Source: Nitrospirota bacterium
GTDB lineage: Bacteria > Nitrospirota > Thermodesulfovibrionia > Thermodesulfovibrionales > JdFR-86
Assembly (NCBI GenBank): GCA_963721805.1
Contig: CAVRJY010000001.1
Location: 800,001 to 864,000 of the forward strand
Length of the DNA: 64,000 nt
Direction of reading: 5' to 3'
Shown: in pieces, positions 10,293 to 20,854 of the stretch
Layout of the letters: every line of letters starts with the position of its first letter
Numbering within the stretch: position 1 is the first letter of the stretch
Notes under the pieces: generated by a model
Seen by the model: the letters and a program-made list of their open reading frames with translations, nothing else
Told to the model about the DNA's origin: nothing
The model's database searches: none
Position numbers and translations under genes: made by a program

Positions 10293-11615
10293 CTACAGGA
10301 CGTTGACGCCCTTCTTCTTCCGCGCGCTCTCGACCTCTTCGCGCTTGGCCTCGTAGCCCTCGCGCCCCATCATGCCGTATGTGAAGTTCTTGCCCTCCTC
10401 GACCGAGGGCTGGTTGAAGGGGTTGACGCCGTACAGGAACCCGGCGTATGCCGTGGCGATCTCGAAAAAGTAAAAGAGCTGCCCCAGGTGGTATGCGTCT
10501 ATTCGGGGCACGGTGATCGTCATGTTCGGCCTGCCGTTCTTGGCCAGGCACAGCTCGGTGGATTCCTCCTCGGCGTTCATGAGCTCGGCGAAGCTCCTGC
10601 CGCAGAGATACCCAAGCCCGCTTTTCTCGAACACCTTGGGTATGGTCACGTCCGCGCCGTGGTCTTCGACCTTGATGAACACGATCACCTTGTCCTCGGG
10701 CCCCTCCATCCAGAGCTGAAGCTGCGAGTGCTGGTCCGTGGTGCCCACCGAGGGGTAGGGCGTCGTGCCCATCCCGAGCTTCCCGAGGCTCTCGGCCCAG
10801 AGCTGGCAGAACCACTCCGAGAGGGGTTTTAAGCGGTCCGAGTATGGGATCATGACGTTTATGTTGCGCCGCTCCTCGACGTCCATCAGGTAGAGGATCG
10901 TCGCGAAGAGGTAGGCGGGGTTTTTCATTACATCCGGCTCGGAGCACCGCGAGTGCATATCGCGGGCGCCCCTGAGCATTTCGTCCGAGGATATGCCGGC
11001 GACCTCGGCGGGCAGCAGCCCCACGGGGCACAGGACCGAGTACCGCCCCCCGACGCCCGATGGCACCGGGAGAGAGCGCATCTTGAGTTCCTTGACGAGC
11101 TTTCTGAGGTACCCCTTCTCGGGGTCCGTGGTGCAGACGATCCGGTCCGCATGGTCGCGCATGCGGTCGTAGAGCACCATGAACGAGGCCATGGTCTCGG
11201 CCGTGCTGCCGGACTTTGTCACGGTGTTTACGAAGGTGGTTTTCAGATCCACGGCAGAGAGGATGTTGCTGAGCGTCATCGGGTCTACGTTGTCGAATAT
11301 GAATATGCGGGGTGTTCTCAGGATGTTGTGCATCGGGCTTAGCGCCTCGATGATCGTCTTGGGCCCGAGCGCCGAGCCTCCGATGCCCAGGTGCACGAAG
11401 TCGGTCGCATCGGTGCGTATCCGCGCGGCGAGCTCCTTGATCTCGGCGAGGTCCTGGCTGATCAGGTCCATGAAAGCGAGTTCAGGCCTGCTCCGGCCGG
11501 CGATTTCGGCGTGCGCCTTGGCGGCCTTCTCGCGCACCGCGTCTATCCGGGATTTCTCGATGCCTTTTTCGCCGATGATATCAGAGAGGACGTTGGTGTA
11601 GTTCAGGCCGAGCAT
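10293..11615 (-). CDS. pgi: Glucose-6-phosphate isomerase
   Basis: GIGGSALG, TKSGSTAET, VGGRYSV, QLWAESLGK, TDQHS, NPFNQPSVEEGK. Confidence 0.93.
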   Translation of the reverse strand: MLGLNYTNVLSDIIGEKGIEKSRIDAVREKAAKAHAEIAGRSRPELAFMDLISQDLAEIKELAARIRTDATDFVHLGIGGSALGPKTIIEALSPMHNILRTPRIFIFDNVDPMTLSNILSAVDLKTTFVNTVTKSGSTAETMASFMVLYDRMRDHADRIVCTTDPEKGYLRKLVKELKMRSLPVPSGVGGRYSVLCPVGLLPAEVAGISSDEMLRGARDMHSRCSEPDVMKNPAYLFATILYLMDVEERRNINVMIPYSDRLKPLSEWFCQLWAESLGKLGMGTTPYPSVGTTDQHSQLQLWMEGPEDKVIVFIKVEDHGADVTIPKVFEKSGLGYLCGRSFAELMNAEEESTELCLAKNGRPNMTITVPRIDAYHLGQLFYFFEIATAYAGFLYGVNPFNQPSVEEGKNFTYGMMGREGYEAKREEVESARKKKGVNVL

Positions 11616-11677
11616 TATATTGGATAACCTCCCAGGGACCGGAAATTTGGGGAACTCCCCCCCCGATCCCGATTATA

Positions 11678-12031
11678 TCACGCGCCGCCGCGGCGCGTTG
11701 AGAAAAACCCCTCTGTAACCGTGCAGGTGAGCACCACGGTGAAACCGACCAGCAGCCCCACGAGGTGCACCGTGCGCGTCAGGGCCAGGAGCACTATCAC
11801 CGCGCCAAGCGCGAGCAGCCGTACGAGGCTCCGGACCATTATGCGCGCCTTGGGGTCGGGCTCGGACGTGAGGGCCTCGAGCCCGCGGGCCATGCCGCGG
11901 AGGTTGAGCATCCCGAGCACCCCGCCCGCGATCACCCCGGCCGGGAACCGCCAGCCTCCGTATACGAGGCCGAGGGCCGCGAAGACGAGCGTGCCGACCG
12001 TTGCGTTCCTATAGATCCTTTTTAGATTCAC
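11678..12031 (-). CDS. atpI: ATP synthase subunit I-like membrane protein (start uncertain)
   Basis: Four hydrophobic segments with G..LG.LN and R-L motifs; follows AtpZ-like gene. Confidence 0.6.
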   Translation of the reverse strand: MNLKRIYRNATVGTLVFAALGLVYGGWRFPAGVIAGGVLGMLNLRGMARGLEALTSEPDPKARIMVRSLVRLLALGAVIVLLALTRTVHLVGLLVGFTVVLTCTVTEGFFSTRRGGA

Positions 12032-12263
12032 CGTTGTCCTGCTTGGATTGACCGTTATCCTGCTTTGCAAAACGGAACAGGTCTCGAAACCCGGCGACTA
12101 TGCCGAGGCACAGAAATACCCATTTCAGCCATGATGTCTTCAGGAAGCTGTCCAGGAAATACCCGATCCCAAACCCGACGAATGTCGATACGACGAGGTG
12201 GATCCCAACCATGCTGGCATTCAGCAGGCCTTTCATCACCGATCTGTCAAACCACGTTCCCAT
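12009..12263 (-). CDS. AtpZ/AtpI (gene 1) family small membrane protein
   Basis: SMVGIHLV.STFVG..IGY.LD...T..W....F..LGI.AGF pattern. Confidence 0.75.
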   Translation of the reverse strand: MGTWFDRSVMKGLLNASMVGIHLVVSTFVGFGIGYFLDSFLKTSWLKWVFLCLGIVAGFRDLFRFAKQDNGQSKQDNGESKKDL

Positions 12264-12282
12264 AGCGTGCCCCTATCATAAC

Positions 12283-12320
12283 AAAAAAAGCGCGGGGGCG
12301 ATTCGCCGCCCCCGCGCTTT
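12283..12320 (-). terminator. Intrinsic terminator after multiheme cytochrome gene
   Basis: AAAGCGCGGGGGCG/CGCCCCCGCGCTTT stem with A7 run (U7 on minus strand). Confidence 0.75.
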
Positions 12321-12344
12321 AAGGCATCGTTGTCCAGGTCCCGG

Positions 12345-13334
12345 TTATTTCAGGAACTTCTGCGGGTCCTTGACCGCCGGGTGGCACTGGGTGCATTTCG
12401 CTGAATTCAGTACGTCAGGCTGCACCACCCAGAGGTGGGGCTTGTGGCAGTCGAGGCACTTGTTCATGCCCATGCCGAAGTGCAGGCCGTGCTTGCCCTT
12501 CTTAGCCATGCCCTGGTGGCAGTTCTCGCAGTCCTTCTGCGTGAGCTTCAGCTGGGTGTGCGGCTTGTGGCAGTCGCCGCAGGGATAGAGCATAGGGCTG
12601 CGCTCCGTGAACTTGATCCTCGTGGCCGCGTTGATCATTGCGAGCTCCGGCGGGTATGTCCTGGAGATGTCCTTGCGCGTGGCCATGATCTTGGCGCGCG
12701 TCTCGTCGTCGCCGTGGCACGAGAGGCACTTCTCGCGGTCGGGCTGCGCGATCTTCAGCGACCTGACGTTATGGCAGTCGAGGCACGGGACGTGCTCCAT
12801 CATCTGGCAGCTGGGGTCGCCGGCGCACTTCTTCTTGTCGCCGTGGCAGTTGGCGCAGAGCGTGACTATCGGCTCGAACTTGTGGATGATCTTGCCGTGG
12901 CACTCCACGCACTCGCGCTTCTTGAACCCGGCGTGTTTTTCGTGGAACGGGTTGTCGGTGATCGTCGGCGCCTGCGGGTACCGCGGGTCCTTGTCCACGT
13001 GGCAGTTCTCGCAGACATGGGTGCCGACGATGATCTTGCCGTGGCGCGGCGGGACCGCGCTGAGGTTCTTGAAGATGAAGCTGTGCATGAGGCCGACCAT
13101 CTCTATAGGCGCGAGGTGGTGGCACTCGTGACAGTTGATGCCCTTGTGCGAGCTCATGCTCCAGGCATCCCAGGCGTTCTTCATCAGGTGGCAGGATACG
13201 CAGAAGTTCGGGTCGTCCTGCGTGTACCTGTAAAACTTGTAGTTGACTACCCCGGCGATCAGGATCAGAATAGCGAGCGTGATGGCCAGGTTCCGTTTGG
13301 TCTTCTTCGACCACCTATCAAAAAACTTAAACAT
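12345..13334 (-). CDS. Membrane-anchored multiheme cytochrome c, 11 CxxCH motifs, NapC/NirT-like N-terminus
   Basis: Single N-terminal TM; CVSCH, CHECH, CENCH, CVECH, CANCH, CLDCH, CLSCH, CGDCH, CENCH, CLDCH, CTQCH. Confidence 0.88.
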   Translation of the reverse strand: MFKFFDRWSKKTKRNLAITLAILILIAGVVNYKFYRYTQDDPNFCVSCHLMKNAWDAWSMSSHKGINCHECHHLAPIEMVGLMHSFIFKNLSAVPPRHGKIIVGTHVCENCHVDKDPRYPQAPTITDNPFHEKHAGFKKRECVECHGKIIHKFEPIVTLCANCHGDKKKCAGDPSCQMMEHVPCLDCHNVRSLKIAQPDREKCLSCHGDDETRAKIMATRKDISRTYPPELAMINAATRIKFTERSPMLYPCGDCHKPHTQLKLTQKDCENCHQGMAKKGKHGLHFGMGMNKCLDCHKPHLWVVQPDVLNSAKCTQCHPAVKDPQKFLK

Positions 13335-13370
13335 TCCGCCTTCCCCTTTCGGTGCTAAGTTATCCGCTAT

Positions 13371-14660
13371 TTATAAAGAACGCATGGTGTCGTAAGCCGC
13401 CCTTGCGGTTTTCTCTATATCGGCCCCGGAGTGCGCGAGCGACATGAAACCGGCCTCGAACTGGCTGGGCGCGAGGTTCACGCCGCGCCTGAGCATCCCG
13501 AGGAAGAACCTGCCGAAACGCTCCCTGTCGGCCTTGCATGCGGTCGGCCAGTCGTAGACCTCGGCATCGGTGAAATAAGTGCAGAACATCGTTCCGGCCC
13601 TGTAGAACTTCGTCGGCACGCCGGCCCGCTTCGCAGCGTCCCTGAGCCCCTCTTCCAGGGCCTCGGCCCGCTCGAGGATGCGCTCGAAGTTACCCTTTCG
13701 GGAGAGTATCTTCAAGGTCTCGATGCCCGCGGTCATCGCTATGGGGTTGCCTGACAGCGTTCCGGCCTGATAGACCGGGCCGTCAGGGGCAACCAGCTCC
13801 ATGATCTCCTTCCTGCCGCCGTAGGCTCCCACCGGGAGCCCGCCGCCGATTACCTTGCCCAGGCACGTCATGTCGGGCTTGATCCCGTAGGCCGCCTGCG
13901 CCCCGCCGTATGCAACGCGGAAGCCGGTCATCACCTCGTCGAATATGAGCACTATGCCGTGCTCCCTGGTTATCTTCCTGATGCCCTTCAAAAAACCCGG
14001 CTTAGGCAGCACGCAGCCTATGTTGCCCACGACCGGCTCGAGGATCACGCAGGCAATAGAGCGCCAGTTTTTCTTGACCATGCGCTCGAAGGCCTCGAGG
14101 TCGTTGTAGGGAAGGGTGATCGTATCCGATGCGTATGAGGCCGGAACCCCGGCGCTGTCGGGGGTGCCGAACGTAGCGAGGCCCGAGCCGGCTTTCACGA
14201 GCAGGCCGTCCGCGTGGCCGTGGTAGCAGCCCTCGAACTTTATCAGCTTATCGCGCTTCGTGAAGCCGCGCGCGACGCGTATCGCGGACATCGTGGCCTC
14301 GGTGCCGGAGTTCACCATCCGGAGCTTCTGCATCGAGGGGTAGGCCTTGATCACCATCTCGGCCAGCAGGATCTCGAGTTCGGTCGGCGCGCCGTAGCTC
14401 GTGCCGCGCTCGAGGGCCTGCTTGAGCGCGGCGATGACCTTCGGGTGGGCGTGGCCGATCACCATCGGGCCCCACGAAAGCACGTAATCTATATACGCGT
14501 TTCCGTCGATGTCATAGATCATCGAGCCCTTGGCCTTGTCGATGAAGATCGGGTTTCCGCCTACGGCCTTAAACGCCCGTACAGGGCTGTTTACGCCGCC
14601 GGGAAAGAGTTTTAAAGCCTTTTTGTAAAGCCATCTGGACCTTCGGGTAACTGTATTCAT
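13371..14660 (-). CDS. hemL: Glutamate-1-semialdehyde 2,1-aminomutase
   Basis: [51 protein letters not shown]. Confidence 0.96.
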   Translation of the reverse strand: MNTVTRRSRWLYKKALKLFPGGVNSPVRAFKAVGGNPIFIDKAKGSMIYDIDGNAYIDYVLSWGPMVIGHAHPKVIAALKQALERGTSYGAPTELEILLAEMVIKAYPSMQKLRMVNSGTEATMSAIRVARGFTKRDKLIKFEGCYHGHADGLLVKAGSGLATFGTPDSAGVPASYASDTITLPYNDLEAFERMVKKNWRSIACVILEPVVGNIGCVLPKPGFLKGIRKITREHGIVLIFDEVMTGFRVAYGGAQAAYGIKPDMTCLGKVIGGGLPVGAYGGRKEIMELVAPDGPVYQAGTLSGNPIAMTAGIETLKILSRKGNFERILERAEALEEGLRDAAKRAGVPTKFYRAGTMFCTYFTDAEVYDWPTACKADRERFGRFFLGMLRRGVNLAPSQFEAGFMSLAHSGADIEKTARAAYDTMRSL

Positions 14661-14796
14661 AACCCATAAGATTAACATTACGGCCGGATATGTGTCAAAA
14701 TAGTATTGCTTATAGGGCTATTGCATCGGGAAATGGGGGGACGGCCGGAATCGGCGGCCGGAATCGGCGGCCGTACCGAGGGGTTTTTTTAAAGCG

Positions 14797-15120
14797 TCAG
14801 TCCTTGAAAAGGTCCTCGAATTTCTTGCGCGCGTCTTCCTTGTCCTGAGTGCCCCCGCCGCCTATCGAGAGATCTCCGCCCCGAGCCCCGCGCGACTTCG
14901 GAGCGCTGTCTCTGAACTCGAAGAACTCGCAGAAGTTCGCCCGGTCACGCGTGCGCTGGTGCTCGGCCCTGGGCTCGGCGCACTGGTTGTGGCTGCTCGG
15001 GGCGTGAAACCGGCAGTTGATGCAGATGTGAAGGTCTCCACCGCACTGCGGGCAGGTCGCCTTGTGAGAGACGAACCTCTCGATGCTGACTTCCTTGCCG
15101 CACATCACGCACACCTTCAT
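14797..15120 (-). CDS. Conserved Cys-rich (zinc-ribbon-like) hypothetical protein
   Basis: CxxC, CPxC, CxxC, C, ANFC motifs and C-terminal ARKKFEDLFK; GAGGAGG RBS. Confidence 0.7.
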   Translation of the reverse strand: MKVCVMCGKEVSIERFVSHKATCPQCGGDLHICINCRFHAPSSHNQCAEPRAEHQRTRDRANFCEFFEFRDSAPKSRGARGGDLSIGGGGTQDKEDARKKFEDLFKD

Positions 15121-15185
15121 CCCGAAGCCCTCCTCATGGCACATTGACCACGAAAGGCATTATATCCATTCCCCCTCCCCAATTC

Positions 15186-15442
15186 AAGGGGCCGACTGGC
15201 CCCTCTCCCTATTCGCAGGGTCACAGACCCCTCTCACAATTCGCGCCACAGCGCTCATCTCTAATCAAAGCTGTTGACCTTCGGGGCGCGGGGGGCTTCC
15301 GTTATCCTCGCCCCCCGAAAGCGCGCCCAAATCGGCTTCAGACAAGGCAGGGCGAGAAGACCGTCCGATGGTGTACTGTGACGTACATAGAGGGCGAGTC
15401 TTTGATGCCCAACGCAGTATCAAGCGATTTGGGCGCGCTTTC
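15186..15442 (+). repeat. Modular structured repeat, copy 1 (full: D-C-B-core; core 15317-15442)
   Basis: Perfect 18-bp inverted repeat GAAAGCGCGCCCAAATCG/CGATTTGGGCGCGCTTTC; GTAC-N6-GTAC apex; homologous to reverse complement of 26041-26288. Confidence 0.85.
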
Positions 15443-15514
15443 AATAGGTGCTAAACCTTGATTGCAATAGGTTATTGCTGTTAATATATACGTTCAACGG
15501 GGGTATATACGGCC

Positions 15515-16582
15515 ATGGACGAACTCAAAAAGCTCAGGCAGGGCATCGACAAGATCGACGAGGAGATACTCGGCGCCCTAAACCGCCGCGCCAAGGTGGT
15601 GCTCGAGGTCGCGAAGATCAAGCGCTCGGCGAACGCGAAGTTCTACTCCCCGCTGAGGGAGCAGGAGATAATAGACCGTCTGAGGGGCATCAACAAGGGG
15701 CCTTTCCCTAACAGCGCCCTGAGGCCGGTCTTCCGCGAGATCATGTCCGCGTCCCTGTCGATAGAAAGCCCGCTTAAGATCGCGTTTTTCGGCCCGCAGG
15801 CCACGTTTACGCACCTGGCTGCGCTGCGCCACTTCGGCTCGTCCATGGAGTTCGTCCCTTTCGGGAACATAAGGGGCGTCTTCGATGCGGTCGAGACCGG
15901 CAAGGCCGACTTCGGAGTGGTCCCGGTCGAGAACTCAAGCGAGGGCGTGGTGAGCTACACGCTCGACATGTTCATGGACTATGACCTTAAGATCAGCTCG
16001 GAGGTGATGCTCGAGATAGCCGAAAACCTGCTTTCGAAGACCGGCGACCGCTCGAAGATCAAGAAGATTTACTCGCACCCCCAGCCTATAGGCCAGTGCC
16101 GCAACTGGCTCGATACGAACATGCCGGGCATCCCCGTGCTCGAAAGCTCGAGCACCGCTGCCGCGGCCGAACTCGCGGCCAAGGACCCGAGTGTCGCTGC
16201 GATTGCCAGCGAGCTCGCGGCCAAGATATACGACCTGCACTTCGTCGAGCGGCATATCGAGGACAGCAGGAGCAACTTCACGCGGTTTCTAGTGATCGGC
16301 AAGGAGCCGACCCCGCGCACGGGGCACGACAAGACCTCGATCATGTTCTCGATCAAGGACCGCGCCGGGGCGCTCTATGACATGCTCTCGCCCTTTAAGA
16401 AGGCGAAGATCAACCTCACGAAGATCGAGTCGCGGCCATCGAAGCGCAAGGCCTGGGAGTATATCTTCTTCGTCGACATGGCCGGGCATATCGAGGACCG
16501 GAAGGTCAGGCGCGCGATAGACGAGATGACAGAGACCTGCCTGTTTCTGAAGATCCTCGGGTCGTACCCGTGCGGGGAGTGA
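15515..16582 (+). CDS. pheA: Chorismate mutase/prephenate dehydratase
   Basis: N-terminal CM domain LR..ID.ID; VVPVENSSEG, NFTRF, NLTKIESRP. Confidence 0.95.
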   Translation: MDELKKLRQGIDKIDEEILGALNRRAKVVLEVAKIKRSANAKFYSPLREQEIIDRLRGINKGPFPNSALRPVFREIMSASLSIESPLKIAFFGPQATFTHLAALRHFGSSMEFVPFGNIRGVFDAVETGKADFGVVPVENSSEGVVSYTLDMFMDYDLKISSEVMLEIAENLLSKTGDRSKIKKIYSHPQPIGQCRNWLDTNMPGIPVLESSSTAAAAELAAKDPSVAAIASELAAKIYDLHFVERHIEDSRSNFTRFLVIGKEPTPRTGHDKTSIMFSIKDRAGALYDMLSPFKKAKINLTKIESRPSKRKAWEYIFFVDMAGHIEDRKVRRAIDEMTETCLFLKILGSYPCGE

Positions 16583-16586
16583 CGCG

Positions 16587-17678
16587 ATGATAAGGGTGCC
16601 TGATTACGTCGCGAGCATCACGCCTTACAAGCCCGGAAAGCCTATCTCGGAGCTCGAACGCGAACTCGGCATCAACGGCTCCATAAAGCTCGCATCGAAC
16701 GAAAATCCGTTAGGCCCATCAAAGAAGGCGCTCGCCGCGATCAGGGCGAACCTCAGGGACCTCAACCGCTACCCCGACGGCGGCGGGTATTACCTGAAGG
16801 CCGCGCTGTCGGCCAAGCTCGGGGTGCGGGAGTCGCACCTCATACTGGGCAACGGCTCGAACGAGCTTCTGGATATCGCCGCGCGCACGTTCCTGCGTCC
16901 GGGTGACGAGGCCGTCATGGCCACGCCGTCGTTCGTAGTCTATTCGATGGCGGTGCGCCAGATAGGGGCCCGCGCGATAGAGGTGCCGTGCCTGAACTTC
17001 CGCCACGACCTCGCAGCGATGGCCAACGCGATAACCGAGCGCACGCGGATGGTCTTCATCGCGAACCCGAATAACCCTACCGGGACGATGAACTCCAAGC
17101 CAGAGTTCGACGCGTTTATGGATGCGGTCCCCGAGGACATCATCGTCGTGATCGACGAGGCATACTACGAATACGTCGTGAGCCCTGAGTACGCCGACAG
17201 CTTAAAGCACCTCAGGCAGGGCAGAAACCTGCTGGTGCTCCGCACGTTTTCGAAGATTTACGGCCTCGCGGGACTGCGCATAGGTTACGGCATGTCCTCG
17301 GCCGAGATACTCGAGGAGATGAACCGCATCCGGGAGCCGTTTAATACCGGCACGCTCGCTCAGGCGGCCGCGCTCGCGGCGCTCGACGATACGGAGCATG
17401 TCGAGCGCACCCGCAGGATCAACGGCCAGGGCAGGAAGTTCCTCTACCGCGAGCTCAGGAAACTGAAGCTTCGCTCCGTGCCGACCGAGGCGAATTTTAT
17501 CTACGTCCCGGTCCAGTTCGAGTCGTCCGCCCTCTACGATGCGCTGCTTCGAAAGGGCGTGATAATCAGGCCCGCCGGCCCCCATGCGGTGCGCATCACA
17601 ATAGGCACGATGGCCGAAAACAGGCGGCTCGCCGCGGCGCTCGAAGACGTGCTGCCCGGCCTCGTTGGAGGGCAATAA
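16587..17678 (+). CDS. hisC: Histidinol-phosphate aminotransferase
   Basis: [40 protein letters not shown]. Confidence 0.95.
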   Translation: MIRVPDYVASITPYKPGKPISELERELGINGSIKLASNENPLGPSKKALAAIRANLRDLNRYPDGGGYYLKAALSAKLGVRESHLILGNGSNELLDIAARTFLRPGDEAVMATPSFVVYSMAVRQIGARAIEVPCLNFRHDLAAMANAITERTRMVFIANPNNPTGTMNSKPEFDAFMDAVPEDIIVVIDEAYYEYVVSPEYADSLKHLRQGRNLLVLRTFSKIYGLAGLRIGYGMSSAEILEEMNRIREPFNTGTLAQAAALAALDDTEHVERTRRINGQGRKFLYRELRKLKLRSVPTEANFIYVPVQFESSALYDALLRKGVIIRPAGPHAVRITIGTMAENRRLAAALEDVLPGLVGGQ

Positions 17679-18706
17679 TGGACATCATCGTACTTAAGCC
17701 CGGCGTAACCAAAGACGAGATCCGGCGGATCGAGAAGAAGCTGTTCGCCTGGAACCTCACGGCCAACATCACGATCAAGGGCACCGAGCGCACGATCATC
17801 GGCGTCAAGGGCGATACCTCGCGCATAACCCAGGATGAGGAAAACGCGGTGCGCGCGATGTCCGGCGTCGAGGAGGTCATGCGCATCCTCAAGCCCTACA
17901 AGCTCGCGAGCCGCGAGTTCCAGAAGGCGAACTCCGTGATCTCGGTCCGGGGCCGCAAGATCGGCGGCAAGAAGGTCGTGATCATGGCCGGGCCGTGCGC
18001 GATCGAGGGCCGCGATGTCATGCTCGACGTAGCCCGGAAGGTTAAAAAAGCAGGGGCTTCGTTCGTGCGCGGCGGGGCGTTTAAGCCGCGCACCTCGCCA
18101 TATGCCTTTCAGGGCATGGGTGAGGAGGGCCTCAAAATCCTCAAAGAGGTCCGTGAAGTTACCGGGCTGCCTGTCGTCACCGAACTGATGGACCCGCGCG
18201 ACATTGAGCTGCTCGTTAAATACTCCGACATCATACAGATCGGGGCGCGCAACATGCAGAACTTCCGGCTGCTCCTGGAGGTCGGGATGTGCAGAAAGCC
18301 GGTGTTGCTTAAGCGCGGCCTCTCGGCCACGATCAAGGAGTGGCTGATGGCGGCCGAGTACATCATGTCCAACGGAAACCACGAGGTCATACTCTGCGAG
18401 CGCGGCATCCGCACGTTTGAGACCGCGACCAGAAACACGCTGGATCTTAGCGCGGTGCCGGTGCTCAAGCAGCTCACGCACCTGCCGGTTATAGTCGACC
18501 CGAGCCACGGCGTCGGAAAGTGGGACCTGGTGGCCCCGATGGCCAAGGCCGCTGTCGCGGCCGGGGCGGACGGCCTGATGATCGAGGTGCACACGAACCC
18601 CTCCGAGGCCCTCTCAGACGGCGAGCAGTCGCTGACTCCAGATGCGTTTGCAAAGCTCGTTAAGGAACTCGGCCCGGTCGCGCGCGCGGTCGGAAGGACG
18701 ATATGA
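17678..18706 (+). CDS. aroF: DAHP synthase class I-beta with N-terminal regulatory domain
   Basis: [38 protein letters not shown]. Confidence 0.92.
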   Translation: MDIIVLKPGVTKDEIRRIEKKLFAWNLTANITIKGTERTIIGVKGDTSRITQDEENAVRAMSGVEEVMRILKPYKLASREFQKANSVISVRGRKIGGKKVVIMAGPCAIEGRDVMLDVARKVKKAGASFVRGGAFKPRTSPYAFQGMGEEGLKILKEVREVTGLPVVTELMDPRDIELLVKYSDIIQIGARNMQNFRLLLEVGMCRKPVLLKRGLSATIKEWLMAAEYIMSNGNHEVILCERGIRTFETATRNTLDLSAVPVLKQLTHLPVIVDPSHGVGKWDLVAPMAKAAVAAGADGLMIEVHTNPSEALSDGEQSLTPDAFAKLVKELGPVARAVGRTI

Positions 18707-19554
18707 AGTTTAACAAGATAGCGGTGCTCGGCGTCGGGCTCATCGGCGGCTCGTTCGCGATGGCTATGCGGGCGCACGGGCTTGCCGGGCATATAAGCGG
18801 GTATGGCCGCACCACAGAGAACATAGAAAAGGCGCTCAAGCGCGGCGTGATCGATTCGATCTCGACCGACCCGGCAGAGGCCGTGGCCGGCGCGGACCTC
18901 GTCCTGCTCGCTACCCCTGTCGGGCATTTCGTGACGATTGCCGGCCTGATACGCGGGTCGCTCAAGCCGGGCGCGATAGTGACCGACGCCGGGAGCGTCA
19001 AGGGCGCGGTGGTCGGTGAGATCGAGGCCCTGATGCCGGAGGGCGTGAGCTTCGTCGGCGCGCACCCGATAGCGGGCAGCGAGCGCGCGGGCGTTGATAA
19101 CGCGCAAGAGGCGCTGTTTAAGGGGGCGACCTGCATAATAACCCGCACGCCCCGCACCGACGAGAATGCGATCAGGGTTGTCAAGGAGCTATGGCTGGAG
19201 CTAGGTGCGCATATACGCGAGATGACCCCCGATGCGCACGACAGGGTCTATGCCCTCGTGAGCCACCTGCCGCACGCGGTTGCCTATGCGCTCGTAAACA
19301 CCGTGGCCGACGCGGACCCCGCATACCTGCGGCTCTCGGGCCGGGGGTTTAAAGACGCCACGCGGATAGCGATGAGCCCTCCGGACCTCTGGAAAGAGAT
19401 ATGCATGCTTAACCGCGAGCATATGATCGAGGCGCTCGCCGGACTTCGGCTGAACCTCGACAGGATAGAGGCGCACCTCAAGGCCGGGGACGCCGAGGCC
19501 CTGCGTGCCGAGTTCGAGCTCGCACGCTCGATGAGGGTCGGCCTTGGAAATTGA
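18703..19554 (+). CDS. tyrA: Prephenate/arogenate dehydrogenase
   Basis: [24 protein letters not shown]...A.VSHLPH. Confidence 0.92.
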   Translation: MKFNKIAVLGVGLIGGSFAMAMRAHGLAGHISGYGRTTENIEKALKRGVIDSISTDPAEAVAGADLVLLATPVGHFVTIAGLIRGSLKPGAIVTDAGSVKGAVVGEIEALMPEGVSFVGAHPIAGSERAGVDNAQEALFKGATCIITRTPRTDENAIRVVKELWLELGAHIREMTPDAHDRVYALVSHLPHAVAYALVNTVADADPAYLRLSGRGFKDATRIAMSPPDLWKEICMLNREHMIEALAGLRLNLDRIEAHLKAGDAEALRAEFELARSMRVGLGN

Positions 19555-20854
19555 GGTAACGCCCGCCAGTCGGCTTAAGGGCGAGATCACCCCTCCGCCG
19601 GATAAGTCCATCTCGCACCGTTCTATAATGCTCGGCTCGCTCGCGACCGGCAGAAGCGTGGTAAGAAACTTTCTCCGCGCCGCAGACACGTTAAGCACCG
19701 TTGGGGCGTTTCAATCAATGGGCGTTGAAATCAAGGTTGCCTATGCTGCCTATGAAAACTTTACAGGTATTGAGGTCGTGATAAACGGAGTCGGGCTACA
19801 CGGATTAAAAGAGCCCGTGGCTCCTATTGATTGCGGAAACTCAGGCACGACTATGCGGCTCATCTCGGGCATACTCTCCGGCAACCCGTTCTCTAGCGAA
19901 CTGGTCGGGGACGAATCCCTGAGCACGCGGCCCATGGGAAGGGTCGTCGAACCCCTGAGGCTCATGGGCGCGAATATTGACGGCGCTAGAAGAGATAACA
20001 AGATATATCCGCCCCTTAAGATCAAGGGCGGCGGGCTGAAGGGCATACGGTACGAGCTCCCGGTGCCTAGCGCGCAGGTGAAGTCCGCGATCCTGCTTGC
20101 GGGGCTATACGCCGAGGGCACTACCGAGGTGGTCGAGAGGGTGCGCTCGCGCGATCATAGCGAACGCATGCTCCCGGCCTGCGGTGCCGATCTGGTGGTC
20201 GACGGCCTGACCGTCCGCATAAAGGGCGGGGCCGAGCTCCACGCAAACGAGTTCATAGTCCCGGCGGATTTTTCGTCCGCAGCGTTCTTCATCGCGGCCG
20301 CACTCATCACCAAAGGTTCGGAGCTATTGATCAAATCAGTCAACATGAACCCGACGCGCACAGGGCTATTAAGCGTGCTTAAGGCCATGGGTGCGTCTAT
20401 TGAGATATTAAACGAGATGACCGTGGCCGGAGAGCCGATAGCCGACCTGCTGTGCAGGAGTTCGTCTCTGAAGGCCGTGACGGTCGACGAGGCTTTGATG
20501 CCGTCTATGATCGACGAGGTCCCGATCCTCGCGGTGCTCGCGGCATGCGCCGAGGGGACCACCGTGATACGCGGCGCTTCCGAGCTTCGCGTGAAGGAGA
20601 CCGACCGGATTAAGACGATAGCCGAGGGATTAAGGGCCATGGGCGTTGAGGTCGAAGAATTCCCTGACGGCATCGCGGTGACCGGCGGCCCGCTTAAGGG
20701 CGCGAACGTCCAGAGCCACGGCGACCACCGCATAGCGATGTCTCTGGCCGTGGCAGGGCTCGTGGCCGAGGGCAACACAAGGATAAGCGGCGCGGAGGCG
20801 GTCGATATATCGTTTCCGGGGTTCTTTGGGATGCTTGAGGGGCTCAAGGGCTGA
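19544..20854 (+). CDS. aroA: EPSP synthase
   Basis: DKSISHR, CGNSGTTMR, SAQVKSA, RDHSE, ELRVKETDR, DHRIAM. Confidence 0.95.
   Translation: MEIEVTPASRLKGEITPPPDKSISHRSIMLGSLATGRSVVRNFLRAADTLSTVGAFQSMGVEIKVAYAAYENFTGIEVVINGVGLHGLKEPVAPIDCGNSGTTMRLISGILSGNPFSSELVGDESLSTRPMGRVVEPLRLMGANIDGARRDNKIYPPLKIKGGGLKGIRYELPVPSAQVKSAILLAGLYAEGTTEVVERVRSRDHSERMLPACGADLVVDGLTVRIKGGAELHANEFIVPADFSSAAFFIAAALITKGSELLIKSVNMNPTRTGLLSVLKAMGASIEILNEMTVAGEPIADLLCRSSSLKAVTVDEALMPSMIDEVPILAVLAACAEGTTVIRGASELRVKETDRIKTIAEGLRAMGVEVEEFPDGIAVTGGPLKGANVQSHGDHRIAMSLAVAGLVAEGNTRISGAEAVDISFPGFFGMLEGLKG

Noticed and set aside
14742..14773. 13-bp tandem repeat CGGCCGGAATCGG x2.5
   Set aside because: Too short and isolated; likely a slippage duplication with no further copies noticed.
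15186..15442. Copy 1 as a pheA attenuator, T-box or riboswitch
   Set aside because: No Phe-rich leader peptide or T-box motif. The same element occurs beside unrelated genes in either orientation.
19730..19860. Slightly AT-richer patch and short insertion (AYAAYENF) in aroA
   Set aside because: The frame is intact and the segment probably falls in a variable loop; no intein or intron hallmarks.
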